Assembly: GCF_009834535.1 (NCBI RefSeq)
Contig: NC_045698.1
Location: 9,178,001 to 9,242,000 of the forward strand
Length of the DNA stretch: 64,000 nt
Direction of reading: 5' to 3'
DNA from: Camelus ferus
Lineage: Eukaryota
A program made the position numbers and the translations under genes. Positions 12,676-25,385 of the stretch are shown in pieces (positions within the stretch are counted from its first letter, which is position 1; every line of letters starts with the position of its first letter). The notes beneath the pieces were generated by a model. It saw only the letters and a program-made list of their open reading frames with translations, did not search any database and was not told where the DNA came from.

Positions 12676-13369
12676 ATAAGTTTGAACAGAATTTGAATAA
12701 AAAAAGAAATGACCTACTGTTGCCAAGATAAACATTTTTGACCTTTCAGGCTCTTATTCACAGGAAATAGGAATCTGTTGTCTGGTTAGACTCCAAGTAG
12801 GAAGGGACCTACTTTCCGTCAAGAGGGTATTGAACGTCATTTGTCTTACCATAGCACAAGTAGACCACTGATTGGGCCCGAGATAATGCAGCTATTAAAA
12901 ATATCAACCCATACTAGAAAGACAGAAAAAAAAACAAGGAAGCAAATTTCAGGGTCACGAATTAAAAGGTTAAAGCTTTCTATCATACTGGAAGGTTTTT
13001 AGTTGAATTGAGTCAAGTAATTTTTATACTGTTACAACTGCATACATACAGCATAGCAAAATGCCATTGGAAGAGACTTAAATGAGTTACTACAATCCTA
13101 AAAAGACTAATTAGAGGGATGCAGACTGAATGGCACACTTTATTTTTATTGGTGGAGAAGGTACCTATGGAAAGGCTCACTATGGCCACCAAGAATGGAA
13201 ATTATAAAATATTACAGAGTGAAAAGAAACTTTTAGGGTGAAATTTATGTGATCTTCTATGTGTGATTTTCTGGAATTGAAAGAAGATGGTTTACTGAAA
13301 TCTTCATAGTCAGCATTCACCTAGCGTCTTAATTCCTGTAATACTGCCATCAGTATTGGAACATTGTAA

Positions 13370-14290
13370 TGCATTCGACCTGAGTTTATTCACCACTGAA
13401 CATGCTTGAAAACTTACCTACAGCATTGCAGGATGTAACAGGGATTGAAGTAGACTGAGTCCCTTGTCACTTAGCGCTTATAATTTAGAAGGGAACAGTT
13501 GACAATATGCTGTCTCAATTCAATATATTACACAATGCCAGATGTTGAAAACTCCAACGAGGGCAAACTTAACTTGATGATGAGATGTAAAGGGTGGAGT
13601 AGGGAGATGTTATCTTCCATGAGGACAGGATGAGAGGAAGACAGAGAATGACCATCTCCAATTTAGCAGAAACCTGAATGGAGTGAGGGGAGGTTGCATG
13701 CGGATGTCTCTAGGCAGCTGAAACAGCCTGTTCAAGGTCCTGAGTCAGGAGTATACTTGGTAAGTGTGAGGACCAGTAAAGAATCTAGGTGGCTAGGGAG
13801 CTCCATAAATTATCACTAAATAAATGAGTCAGGAGTGAAGATGGTTTTTATATGTAGAGAGGGTGGAAGAAATTTCAAAAAGCAGGAAGTATATGAACAA
13901 AGGCTCAGTGTTACAGAGCTCGTCAGGGTCTCTTTGGAACTATTAGAACAACCGCATGGCTTGGGCCCTGTACTGTTAGTACTACAGTGCCGCTGAAGCC
14001 TTTTGAGCATGGGAGTGAGATGGAGAAACATATATTTAAAGGAGATTCTTTAGCAGTGCTATGAAGTATAAACTGAAAACGCAGAGGGAATGAAGGGCAG
14101 GGAAAGATAAGGACAAGACATAAAAGTAAAGGTACAGATAATAAGCATTATAAAGGAAGACACCAAAGTACATGGTAAGTGATTCAGATTTGGGGCAAGG
14201 AAGAAGTAAGCAAAATTTTGAGAATGAATAACTGATTGATACACCGGTATTGGAGGAGGCAGAAGATGAAATTAGTACCATATAACTGAT
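13370..14290 (-). mobile_element. L2 (LINE-2) 3' region
   Basis: TTTAGCAGAAACCTGAATGGAGTGAGG..AAACAGCCTGTTCAAGGTCCTGAGTCAGGAGTATACTTGG..GTGAGGACCAGTAAAGA..GCCGCTGAAGCCTTTTGAGCATGGGAGTGA are typical antisense L2 segments. Confidence 0.75.
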
Positions 14291-14974
14291 TCAGTGGTAG
14301 GTTGATTTTGAGGTCAGGGCTTACACATTTAAATATTCAACATATCATTAGATAATTGTAATTCCACTGGTCAGGACTACAAATTTGTTACGTCATATCC
14401 TTGGGTCTGTTAGTTGTAATCATGAAATTTGTGGGCTCCAAAATAAGAGTATCTGAATTCAGAATCTCAGATTATAAAATATATTTTAGGGAAAACCCAA
14501 CTTTAGGAAATAGGTAAATGAAATTTGCAAATGCTAATTTTAAATAATAGGTTGAGACTATTTAAAATAAAATATTTAGATATTTTAATCTATGCAAATA
14601 TATTCATATATATGCATGGAATGCTCTCTAAATCTGTTCTAATTTAAGTTTATTTTCATTTTCACTGTGTTATGAAGGATTCTTGAATGTTTAAATGAAG
14701 TATTTATAATCAGAAAACCACTTTTTGTTACTTGTGTATTATTTCTTAAACTATTTGTTTCTTAAATTTATACTTAAATAAATCTATTTTGAAAGTGATG
14801 TATATGAAGCATTTTGTAACATAGCTCATAATAAAAAGATGAGTAATACAAGATTATATGTAATTTTTTTATCTAAATAATTAACTAACATCATGATTTC
14901 AGTCACTTTTTAAGACAGGATTACTTGTATTAGATTATTAAAATAAGTAAATATCACAATACTCTATTAAATAT

Positions 14975-15095
14975 GTACTATTATTTTTAATAGTTTGCAA
15001 ATGAGGAAACAGAGGCCTGTAGAAGGCTGGTAACTTGCTCAATTTCTCAGAACCAGCAACAGGCAGAGTCAGGAGCTGACCTCTGTTCTCTAAAT
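14975..15095 (-). mobile_element. MIR SINE core
   Basis: TTTGCAAATGAGGAAACAGAGGCC..GGTAACTTGCTCAA..GGCAGAGTCAGGA is the antisense MIR core. Confidence 0.8.
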
Positions 15096-17118
15096 GTTAA
15101 CATTTCTCACCATTTAAATATATAAAAAGATTGTGAGGATTATGCATACTCAATAATATATTATAATTCTATGTGATGAATATATTTTATTTGATGGGAC
15201 AGCTTGATGAAATAGATTTTCAGAAGTATTTATCTTTGGATGGATTTCACGGGAGTATAGACGTGGTGAAACTTAACTCCTTGAGTTGTTAAAGTCATTC
15301 AAGTGCAAGGCAATTAACTCTTGAAGTAAATTTCACTCATTTTATTGTGAGAAGCCAGCAACTTCTCTTAATTTTTACATAATTTTATCTAGTGCCCTTC
15401 AAAAAAGTGTTTATTTTACTCTAACCACTGAAATTATTGTATCACAGACATGTATTCTCTTGAGACTTTCATCAATAAAGTATCCATGGTAATCAATCAA
15501 AAACTGTATCATAATCAACAATAAAACCCCACCCCATATCCAATGAGTTTATAGAAAGCTCTCCACATGCCTTGAATGTCTACGTAAGTTCATATCTATA
15601 ACTCAAGTATGCGATTTTTTCTTCTTGGTTTACTAAGATGACTAAACACGCTAGTTGGTGTGTATACAAATGGAACTATACTCTGAATAATTTTCTTTAT
15701 CTAGAGAGGAAATTATTGAATTAAAGGTCAGAATAAATTCCATTAGAAAAATATACTCTTAATATCAGACAACAAAATCTTAATTGAAAATACCTTTTTA
15801 AATCATGAAACTTAAGTTGTGTTACCCAACTCCTGATAACATTAATGAGAGGCACATGAAATAGTATCTCTTGGGAATCTAGAAAATTTACACCTGACAT
15901 TATAACGTGTCTCTCAGGAATTAGAGGCACTAAAGCAATTTATTCACTTATAGAATAATACATTTAATTTGCATAACTGCAACTCAAGTATCATTTTTTT
16001 CTTTAATTAAAAAGTACCCTGTATAGTATATGTATGTGAATAAAGAGTTCAGGGTACATCACTTAAGCTTCTCTTAACAGCCACAGATAAAAGCTCTTTT
16101 TTGTAAATGTTTTATAATTTACAAAAGATAACAAAGCAGTATTTTGGAAAAAGAAAAAGAATTCTTCCAAACACTATAATTTTAAAAACGTGCAAAGAAA
16201 ATAGGCATTTTGCCATACTAGTTATTTAAGCTTGATACATTAGTAGTAATTTCAATTATAGTTAATTTTAATATTATACTTCTATTTAGAAACATTACAT
16301 ATTTTATCATATCCTCCCTAAAATTGTACATGATTCTTTTTATATTTATGAATGAATATGTTTAAAATATAATTCAGACAAAAATAGCATGAAAATATGT
16401 GGGAGAATCTGGACTCTATGTGACACATATTTAATCTAAAAGCGTATTTAAATTCTGCTATCATTTTTAAGTTTTCTTACAATCCTTCTTTATATTTTTG
16501 TTAACTTTTTTCAGCTTTCCCCCTTTTTAGTCAATTTTTAAACTTCCTTATGAATTGCTTTCTTTTTGCATCTCAAGTATAAAATTACATTTTCCAATGT
16601 TTATTTATTTAAATTTCTATAGTCCATGATTTTAGACCATTACCTATTTGTAGCCTCCTGTGTCTTCAGAAATTGCCTGAATTTTCCTCATCCAGTCTTT
16701 TCTTCTTAGTTTCTATATTTGCTACTTCCTTACCTACTCCCATATCTTCAGATTGGATAATTTCCAGTAGATTGTTTAAGTAGGAGAGATTCATTCACCT
16801 GCTCTTCTCTTTGGGCTATACCCACATCGTACTCTCAGATCTATATCTGAAAGGCAGGTTGGGTCACAAAATTCTAAAGAATGTCTTGACTGTCAGGTTT
16901 CCATTGTGTAGGTATATGAATCTGAGAATAGCTTATGCCCTTTCTAGCACACCTGCCTTTCTGACATTTCAAAAAATCATTAACAGAAGAGGAATTGCAT
17001 TCTTCAGGGTGGATTTCTAGCAAGACTCTCCTTTATTCTTTGCTTCTGCAAATAAAGCTTTAATTTCTGGGCATCATGTTTCTCAAAATTCAATGATAAT
17101 GTATGATTGATTTGTTAT

Positions 17119-17376
17119 TATGGTAGGTAACCTAATGCCTCCACACCAAGGATGTGCACACACTAATTCCCAGGACCTGTGAACTTGTTCCTTTGCATGG
17201 TATAGGGAGCTTTGAAGATGTGATTAAAATGTCGAATTGAATTGTATACCCCCAAAATTCATATGCTGAAGCCCTAACTCTCAATGTGACTGTTTTTAGA
17301 TATAGGTCCATTAAGGATGTAATTAAATGGAAATGAACTCTAAAGATAATTAGATGAAGAGATATTTTCTGGTTGT
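17119..17376 (+). mobile_element. MLT1D-like LTR 5' part interrupted by an MLT1A/B-like LTR 5' part (about 17230-17340)
   Basis: TGGTAGG..CAAGGATGTGCAC..CCAGGACCTGTGAA..GAAGATGTGATTAA, then a second LTR start TTGAATTGTATACCCCCAAAATTCATATGCTGAAGCCCTAAC, then resumption TAAAGAT..AGATGAAGAGAT..CTGG. Confidence 0.75.
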
Positions 17377-17469
17377 CAAACTTTTCTGTATGACTGTTTA
17401 CTGATAGTTACATGACACACGACACTTGACTCTATATTTGACAAAGTCCATAGAAGTTTTCAGCACAAG

Positions 17470-18282
17470 CTGGAACACTGAGTAACAAATGAAAGAATAT
17501 AGGATTATAACCTGAAGTATAAAATACCTATGAGTCCAAACAGATATAAATGTATACTCAATTATATAAATAAGATGAAGAGAATAGACACATTTCAAGT
17601 GCAGAATAATACCAAATATGTAGAAATGTCTCAGGCAACATGAAGACGTTTTTAACTCACCCCAGCTCCTTAATTGTGGTCTGGGTATATTGACTTCCTT
17701 TTAAAAAGTGAAGTGTAGGAATGGGGAAAGAGAATAACTTTACAGTTTAGAAAGCTGGCACACACGATCACACTACCACAGACAGCTGAACAAAGCTAAA
17801 GTTAACAGTGATGATCGCTTGTACCCTTGACATGATATAATGAGAGTGACATTTTACCTCTTGCTTCTCAAAACCCCATAACACTGTCTGATCATGAAAA
17901 AATCATCAGAAGAATCTCACTATTGGGACAGTCCACAAAATACCTGACAAGTCCTCCACAAAACTGTCAAAAATCACAAAAAATAAGAAAATTCTGGGGG
18001 ACTGTTATAGCCAAGAGAATGTGGAAGAGACATGACAACTAAATGTAATGTGATATTCTTCATGGGGTGCTAGAACAGAAAAGATACTTAGCAAAAACTA
18101 AATAATGCAAATAACGTATAGATTTTACTTAAAAATAAGGTATCAATATTAGTTTAATATGACAAATACATTATACTAATAAAAGATTTAGCAAGAAAAA
18201 CAAGGTACATGGCAGAGAGGAAATTTTTTCTTTGTAATGTTTCTGTAAATCTAAAACTACTTTTTAAAAAGTTTATTGAAAA
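17470..18282 (+). mobile_element. L1MC/L1MD-like 3' UTR
   Basis: GAGACATGACAACTAAATGTAATGTGATATTC..AGAACAGAAAAGA..TATCAATATTAG..TTTCTGTAAATCTAAAACTAC..AAAAGTTTATT is the old L1 3' terminus. Confidence 0.8.
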
Positions 18283-21233
18283 ACCTCTTTCGTAGGCTGA
18301 AATCTTCCTTCACCAAAAGAAGAAATAGCTTTCATGTTCTGGCTATAGGTCTGCTGTCTAAATCAAATTTTAGTACATAATTGAGTTTTCCTTTTCATGA
18401 GTTATTCATTAATATATTGGTGGGCTATTGTTATCCAGGTTGTTCATACAGATAATCCACATGTTTTTCTTGACGTCTTAGAGTGAAAAACAAAGTCATT
18501 GGGAATGTAGCACAACTTCCAAATTTTTATTTTGCCTTTTTTTACCCTCATTTTAAATAGTGAAATATTCCAGTTGGTCCCATTACTATTTTTTATTCTA
18601 AATGTCAGTGCTCACTTGTATTACATCTCTTACTTCTTATGTTGAATATTTCCTTTAGAATTATCAAGTCTAGGCATTGTACGGTCATTTGTAATTTGTA
18701 ACAATATTCAAAAGCACATATAACTCTTAGAGCCTGATATGTCATGACTGAGTATAATATACACAACATATAAAAACAGAAAAGCCAGGAAAGAAAATTA
18801 ATATTTTAGGGCTTTGTTATCACAAGTCATAGGGATCCAATGCTGTACTTAATATCAGTTTATTGCTCTCAGCCATTTAACACATGGGCAGTCCACTAAC
18901 ATTAAACTGGTAGGAATTCTCTATTTTTGGAGAAAGAAAAAGGTACTCTGTTAGAAGATAGCATACCATTTACCAAGGACATTTGAAGTTAGAATCAGAT
19001 GGAACTGAGGTTGATAAATCTACAGTATGTTTTATTAAAAAGTAGCAACTTTTCTGTAATTTCATTACAATGAGCATCTTCCTGGAATGTATTCTATTAC
19101 CTTCTACAGCAGAAGGACAAGCACAGTTTTCAAAATAATCCTCAAGGCATAGTGAGAAAAGTAACATGAAAGTAAAATTAAGTAACCTGCTAATTTAATA
19201 CGGCTTTTATAAATGGCTTTATAGTCTCTTCTTTTAATTAAAATACCAGGCTATGTTCAGCTCAGATCTAATCTCAAATTCTCTTTATAAAATGTTAAAG
19301 TACAGAATATGCTTATTCCCCACCATAGTTTTCATGATAAACACTTACAATTATGACTTTATACCACTAGGTTGAAGCAACATTTTGTTCCTGTCACCTT
19401 ATTATGAATTATTTGTGTTTTCTGTAAGGTCAGGGTAAAGAAAAAGTTTCACGAAAGATCTTAATAAAATTTTGGTATATGACTATAGTATGGTTTGAAA
19501 TGTTGAAAAGTGTGATATGACAAATTTGCAGTAATTCAATCTTCCAAGTGTTTCCTTAAACAAGGTGCAAACAGACAATATTCAACTCCAAGGCATATTC
19601 ACAAGTTTGGAGCCAATGTTGGAAGAGTCAAAAAGGTACATATGTGAATATTGGACAATAGGTTTGAAAATGCTCATGTCTTCTAAAATATATCTCCCTA
19701 AGTGGTTTAGGACAGTACAGGTTATTCTAGGCAAAATATGCCTGGTGAGGGATTTTCAATAATACCTAACTTTCAAATAGGATTACAGTAATTGATTTCT
19801 GAAAATTTTCAGCTATAGAAATTTCATTTAGAATAAATGATTAATTAAGTACCAGATATCTAATGCATGGCAGACAATAGCTGGTCATTGAAGATACATA
19901 GGTGAAGTTAATGATGTATTTAGAATTGACTAACAACAGTTCCCCAATATTCTGATTGTTTACATGATAAGAAAAAATGAATCCTTAAAATGTGTGTGTA
20001 TTTTATACTACATTCATATACTATACTACCAACATATTAAGTATATTTTATAAACCAAGTGAATTTCTGATAAAAAGTTAAAATTTATGCACTTTCTCAT
20101 ACATAGGTAAAAATCGTCTGTTTCCCATAGGTTGTATGACTTCCATATGAAACCAGTTTCTCAAAGAATTTCTGGTGATAGACTCATCCATTTCCCAGCT
20201 TCACTCATACTCAAATCTCTTTCACATTCTGGGACGCCCTATGTACATTCAAGTCTTAATTTTTTAATCAAAGTTATAGAAGGCACACAATTTAGGGGGG
20301 TCTAAAATATAAACTTATTCACGTTTACATTTGAAATATGTTTTTATGTTTGAATTGGAATTTAGAATAATGATTGGAGCAGCAAAGAAAAGCAAAGTTT
20401 ATATTACAGAGTGATAAATGACATGCTAAACATGTTCTTATATTATTCTCAATATCTTTCTGGAGTCTTGTATTCATGGCTAAATGACTAGTAACTAGTT
20501 AATTCAGAATGAAATCAGAACTGTTTTCTTAGGGAGAAAAACAAAATAATAACAAAAAATGGCTCATACAAATCGGGAATTTTTTCTTTTACAAACTAGA
20601 ATTTCTTGGAAAGATATTATGTATAAATATTCTGAACAAAATCTGTGACTTATCTGGAAGGTGTGGGAAGAGGGCACTTTGAATATCAATCATTGTTATT
20701 GCTTTCCTAAGGCTAATTAAAAGGATATGGTCAAAATTAAGAAAGCCTTGTTGAAATTTCTGACTTCCAATCTTAAGGTGTTAGATACTAATATAGAGTG
20801 AAGATTTTATTTTCATCAGCCCACTTGAGGCATGGATAGCCAAAGAAAAAATTAACTGGATCCAGGGTTCAAGAGCGCAAGCACCTTACTTCTTTCCCTA
20901 ACGGGAAACACTCTGGAATTTGGGTGCAGGGTTCAACATGATGGCTGCAGAACCTACATCTTCTAGTTTCAAATGGTTTGGCGTCTTCAGGGTGACCATT
21001 GCCTCAGTGGATTATGTTCTCTCTGTAGCTCAAAACTGCTAATATATTCTTAAAGAATATCAAGTCTATAAGGGACAGTGGATATAGTCCAAAAAATTGT
21101 TCATGGTAAAATTGAAATTATATTCAGACAAAATAAAGGAATTCCTGAATAACAACAGTGGTATTTGGTGCCAAAGAATACAAGAACTTTTGGTCTTTTA
21201 TTAGTGCTTTTAAAATTAAAAAAAAAAATTTAA

Positions 21234-21307
21234 TGGAGGTCCTGGGGATTGAACCCAGGACCTCGTGCATGCTAAGCATGTGCTCTACCACTGAGCTATT
21301 AACCCCC
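21234..21307 (-). mobile_element. tRNA-Ala(AGC)-derived SINE (camelid vic-1-like) or tRNA-Ala pseudogene
   Basis: Minus strand reads GGGGGTTAATAGCTCAGTGGTAGAGCACATGCTTAGCATGCACGAGGTCCTGGGTTCAATCCCCAGGACCTCCA, with A box, B box and AGC anticodon; very close to mammalian tRNA-Ala-AGC. Confidence 0.9.
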
Positions 21308-22449
21308 AACCCAAACTTTTATTACTAGTACTTAAAAAAAACTATTTTTTGGTCTCTTATATCTGGACTGACATTTGATCCATTCCATCACACCATACAA
21401 TTCAATATTATTGTTTTTATTTTTTATGTTTTAATTTTACTATTATCTTTCTTTGTATTAAAGTGATTCACAAGAATTCAAGACATCACAATGTCTGTCT
21501 GCAGGGAAACCTAGCAGAGAACCCTCTCTGAAGATAACAGACACTTGTCATGGTTGTTTCCAAAATTAGATTATCACTAATCACTTAAACTAAGAATAAG
21601 TCAAATTTTAATCTTTAAAGAACACCTCTGGAAATAGAAGAGGGTATTTATAGATAGATAGCGAGCAGATAAAGCACCTGGAAAACATCTAAAGAATAAT
21701 CAAGGGAACAACCTATCATTTGCAAAAAAGGATATCAGAATAGTTCAATTGGTCTTTCAATGCTCCTTAAAAAAAAAATTCCTCCTGTTTTATACAATCT
21801 AGTTTTTAAAAATCACACATTTTGTTTGAAATGTTATGCTTCAAAATAAAATCTTCCTTAAAAAGTTTAAACAAGAAAATTAAAATGGACATACATAACT
21901 CAGCATATTACACTATCTTTCACTACTCATCGTATACACACCTAAAATCAAATTGAGAAATGACTTTAAAACACAACACACTGTGTGTATACTCCTGGTT
22001 AATCTCCACCATTAGAGTATTTTCACAAATGATAAATGGCAAACTGTTCTACTTTCCTTGCTCTCTTTCTTTTTGTTTCTTTTCCTTCTTTATTTCTTCT
22101 TTTTTGTAATCAAGAAAAACTACTCTCAGCTAATTATTTTCACTCTTCATAATGTTGCTACACAGAGATAAACAAATTTAAGGTTTTATTTTCAGGTCTT
22201 TGTCATTTCTTTAAGTTTTCCTTTAAAGAAAACTTCCCCCACCACCTGGTAATCTCCTACAGTTACTGATCTCTTAGGATCACTCACGGAAGTGGGAAGG
22301 CAGACCCTGTTCAGAGCCTTGGATCCAGAACAGGAAATTCCTCTTGCACTTTTAGACCTGTCTTCACCAACTGGTATTTTCCTGTCTAGAAAGCATGCTA
22401 TTCCATAATTTGACATTGAGCAACGAGGCTTCTTCCCTACCTACAATGA

Positions 22450-22607
22450 TTTTTTTCTTTATTTCTTCCTTTCTTCCTTCCTCCCTCTCTCCCTCCCTCC
22501 CTCCCTCTCTCCCTTTCTTTCTCTCTTTCTTTTCTTTTCTTTCTTTTCTTTCTTTTCTTTCTTTCCTTCTTTCCTTCTTTCCTTCTTTCTTTCTGCCTTT
22601 CTTTCCT

Positions 22608-22655
<48 letters not shown>

Positions 22656-22718
22656 TTCTTTTCTTTCTTTCTTCCTTCCTTCCTTCCTTCCTTCCTTCCT
22701 TCTTCTTTCTTTCTTTTT
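22450..22718. repeat. Compound polypyrimidine microsatellite (CCTT/CCCT/TTTC)n
   Basis: About 270 bp of almost pure C/T. It explains ORFs 22395..22733, 22437..22808 and 22459..22737. Confidence 0.98.
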
Positions 22719-24647
22719 GAAGGACACTACTAAGCAAAAATCCCCTTGTACCAGAGGTTTCATTTTACTAATGCCCAGTAGAGACAGTGAGGGAAATTTC
22801 ACTAACAACTCTCATACACCACTCTGAAGCAGAAAAGGCCTGAATGCATACTATCAGTTACTGAGACAAAAAGCTAATAAAAATATTCTGATGTAAGTTC
22901 ATGCATGTGAACAAGGAGAACTATCATTAAACATTTGCTCATAATTGTCCTGGTGCTACTTTTCTTTCAGTTCTTATTGAGTGCCAGACACAGAGGCAAG
23001 TACCTCCTGTCAGTCAACTAATATAGTCATTGATGTGAATAATAGATGAATGACAAAATGCAACAATATCTAAATTAATTCATGTTCAAATTCAAATGAA
23101 TAGTTGATAGATTTTTAGACTGATTGATAAATTACTGGAAAATAACATACAACATACACCTAAGAATGATACAGATATGCTTATGAATATTAATATAGAT
23201 AATAAAAATATAATTCTGTAGAAAAAAAACCCAACAATATTTTAAAGACAAGGGTACATGCTGATTTCCATTATTTTTCTATATTTAAAATGATACAGAG
23301 TAGCTTGAAGCATCCTGTATGTTGATTTTCAGATAATAACATTCTCTCACCTATTTTCTCGCTAAATTTTTAACAGGCTAATCCTTTCTTATCAAATGCA
23401 AATGTATTTGAAAGCACTGTTTCAAGCTTTACTTAGAAAACAACCATAAAAATTTTCAGTTTATATTCCAATGGTGATGTTCTTCCGCTTTTGACAACTC
23501 AGTCAACCTTTTGAACTTCATACTTTGGAATTATTTTAGTGTTATTCCACTCACATATCTATGTGACTCTAATTCTATTGTTATTTTGGCTAATGGAGCT
23601 GTGGAGAGAAAATTCCTGCTGTCTCCCAAGGCAGAAACGACACGCCAATGTTGATTTTAAGAGTGGTTTCATATTTTTGCCCATTGCCAGCTTGTCAGAG
23701 TCTTGTCTTTTAATACAATTTATAGTTTCATACAAAATAGTATCAATGTAAATGATTAAATCTAATTTATATCTATATTAAAATTGTAAAGAGATAATTA
23801 GGTTAGTGGACAACCTAACAGTTTGTGGAATAAATATCATTTACAAAGTATGATAGTAGGTGAAAAAGTCTGATTTAAATGAGATAGAAATTCTATGGGA
23901 ATTGCTAAAGACTTACTGAGAAAAGAAGTGATTTGAGGAAAGTTTCAAACTGAATCAAGCTTGACCAGAAAAATGTGGGAGAGGTTAGAATGAAATACAT
24001 GAGAATAACTGTGATTCAGGTATATGCTATTGCTATAGAAACAAGCTGTAAAAGAAAGGGTAATTTGGACAACAAAGCCAACAGTAGTATATTTCAATGT
24101 GCCACTAATTACTGATTTTAGATATATTTATTTTAAAGAGACTTCATAATTTAAAAGCCCTTGAAAGTAGAATAATTACTTTGGAATAAAAAATATACTG
24201 ATTAAACAATTTTTGAAAATTATATGTAATCTGGATTATTTTTAGGGAATTATGACATATCCGGTAATATGCTATGGATCTGATTTATAACTCCATTTAG
24301 GATAAAAATAATTTCATAATGGAAGTATTGAAGTGACTCAAAAATAATTATATAATTTTATAGCAAAACCTTTTTCTAACTATGAAATATGACAAATACT
24401 GAAAAGCTTGTTTTTTCTACATGATAAAAAGCATAATTTTACTACTAACACTGCTGTAAAGTAACAAATAAGGCCTTAGTACTTATTATGCTGCAGATGC
24501 ACAAATAGTTTTAAGATTCACAAAGATAAAAAATAAAATGTATATTATTATTTTTAGGAAGCGTATAACCACTATATAGAGAAAAGACAACTCGAAGAAA
24601 ACAAAATCCAATTAATGCTGTAAAAAAGTATTTCAAAAACAATGTGG

Positions 24648-25385
24648 TGAGAATGCAAAATGATGCTTTGGAATACAGCTTGACAGTTTCTTACAAAACT
24701 AAACATATACTTTTCATATGATCCAGCAATCACACTCCTTGGTATTTACACAGAGAAGCTGAAAACTTATATCCACACAAAAACCTACACACGGGTGTTT
24801 ATAGCAGCTTTATTCATAATTTTCAAAACTCGGAAGCAACCAAGATGTCCCTCAGTATGTGAATGGATAAATAAACAATGGTCCATCCAGACAATGGAAT
24901 GTTATTCAGCATTAAAAAAAAAAAAAGAGCTGCCAAGCCTTGAGAAGACATGGCGATAAATCATAAATGCATATTACTAAGTGAAAGGCGCCAACCTGAA
25001 AAGGCTACATACTGTATGATTTCAATGATTGACACAGGTTGGGCAGGGGGACGGATGAATAGGCAGAACACAGGATTTTCAGGGCAGTGAAACTATTTAG
25101 TATGATACTATAATCATGGATACACATCATTATACATTTGTCCAAATGCCTTCAAATGTACAGCAGCAAGCGTGAACGCTAATGCAAGCTTGGACTTTGG
25201 GCAGTAATGATGTGTCAACACAGCTTCATTGACTGTAATACATGCACCACTCCGGTGCAGGATTTTAATAGTAGAGAAGTCTGTGCATATGTGGGGGCAG
25301 GGAGTATATGGGAAATCTCTGCACCTTCTGTTCAATTTTGCTGTAAATCTAAACTACTCTAAAAAATAAAGCTAATTTTTTTTTA
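24648..25385 (+). mobile_element. L1MC1-like 3' fragment (ORF2 end plus 3' UTR)
   Basis: ATATGATCCAGCAATCACACTCCTTGGTATTTAC..GGAAGCAACCAAGATGTCC..GGGAAATCTCTGCACCTTCTGTTCAATTTTGCTGTAAATCTAAA..AAAAATAAAG. Flanked by AAAACAATGTGG and AAGACAACGTGG (likely TSD). Confidence 0.92.

Noticed and set aside
22395..22808. Lys/Glu/Arg-rich and Phe/Ser/Leu-rich ORFs of 92-123 aa
   Set aside because: They are translations of the CT microsatellite.
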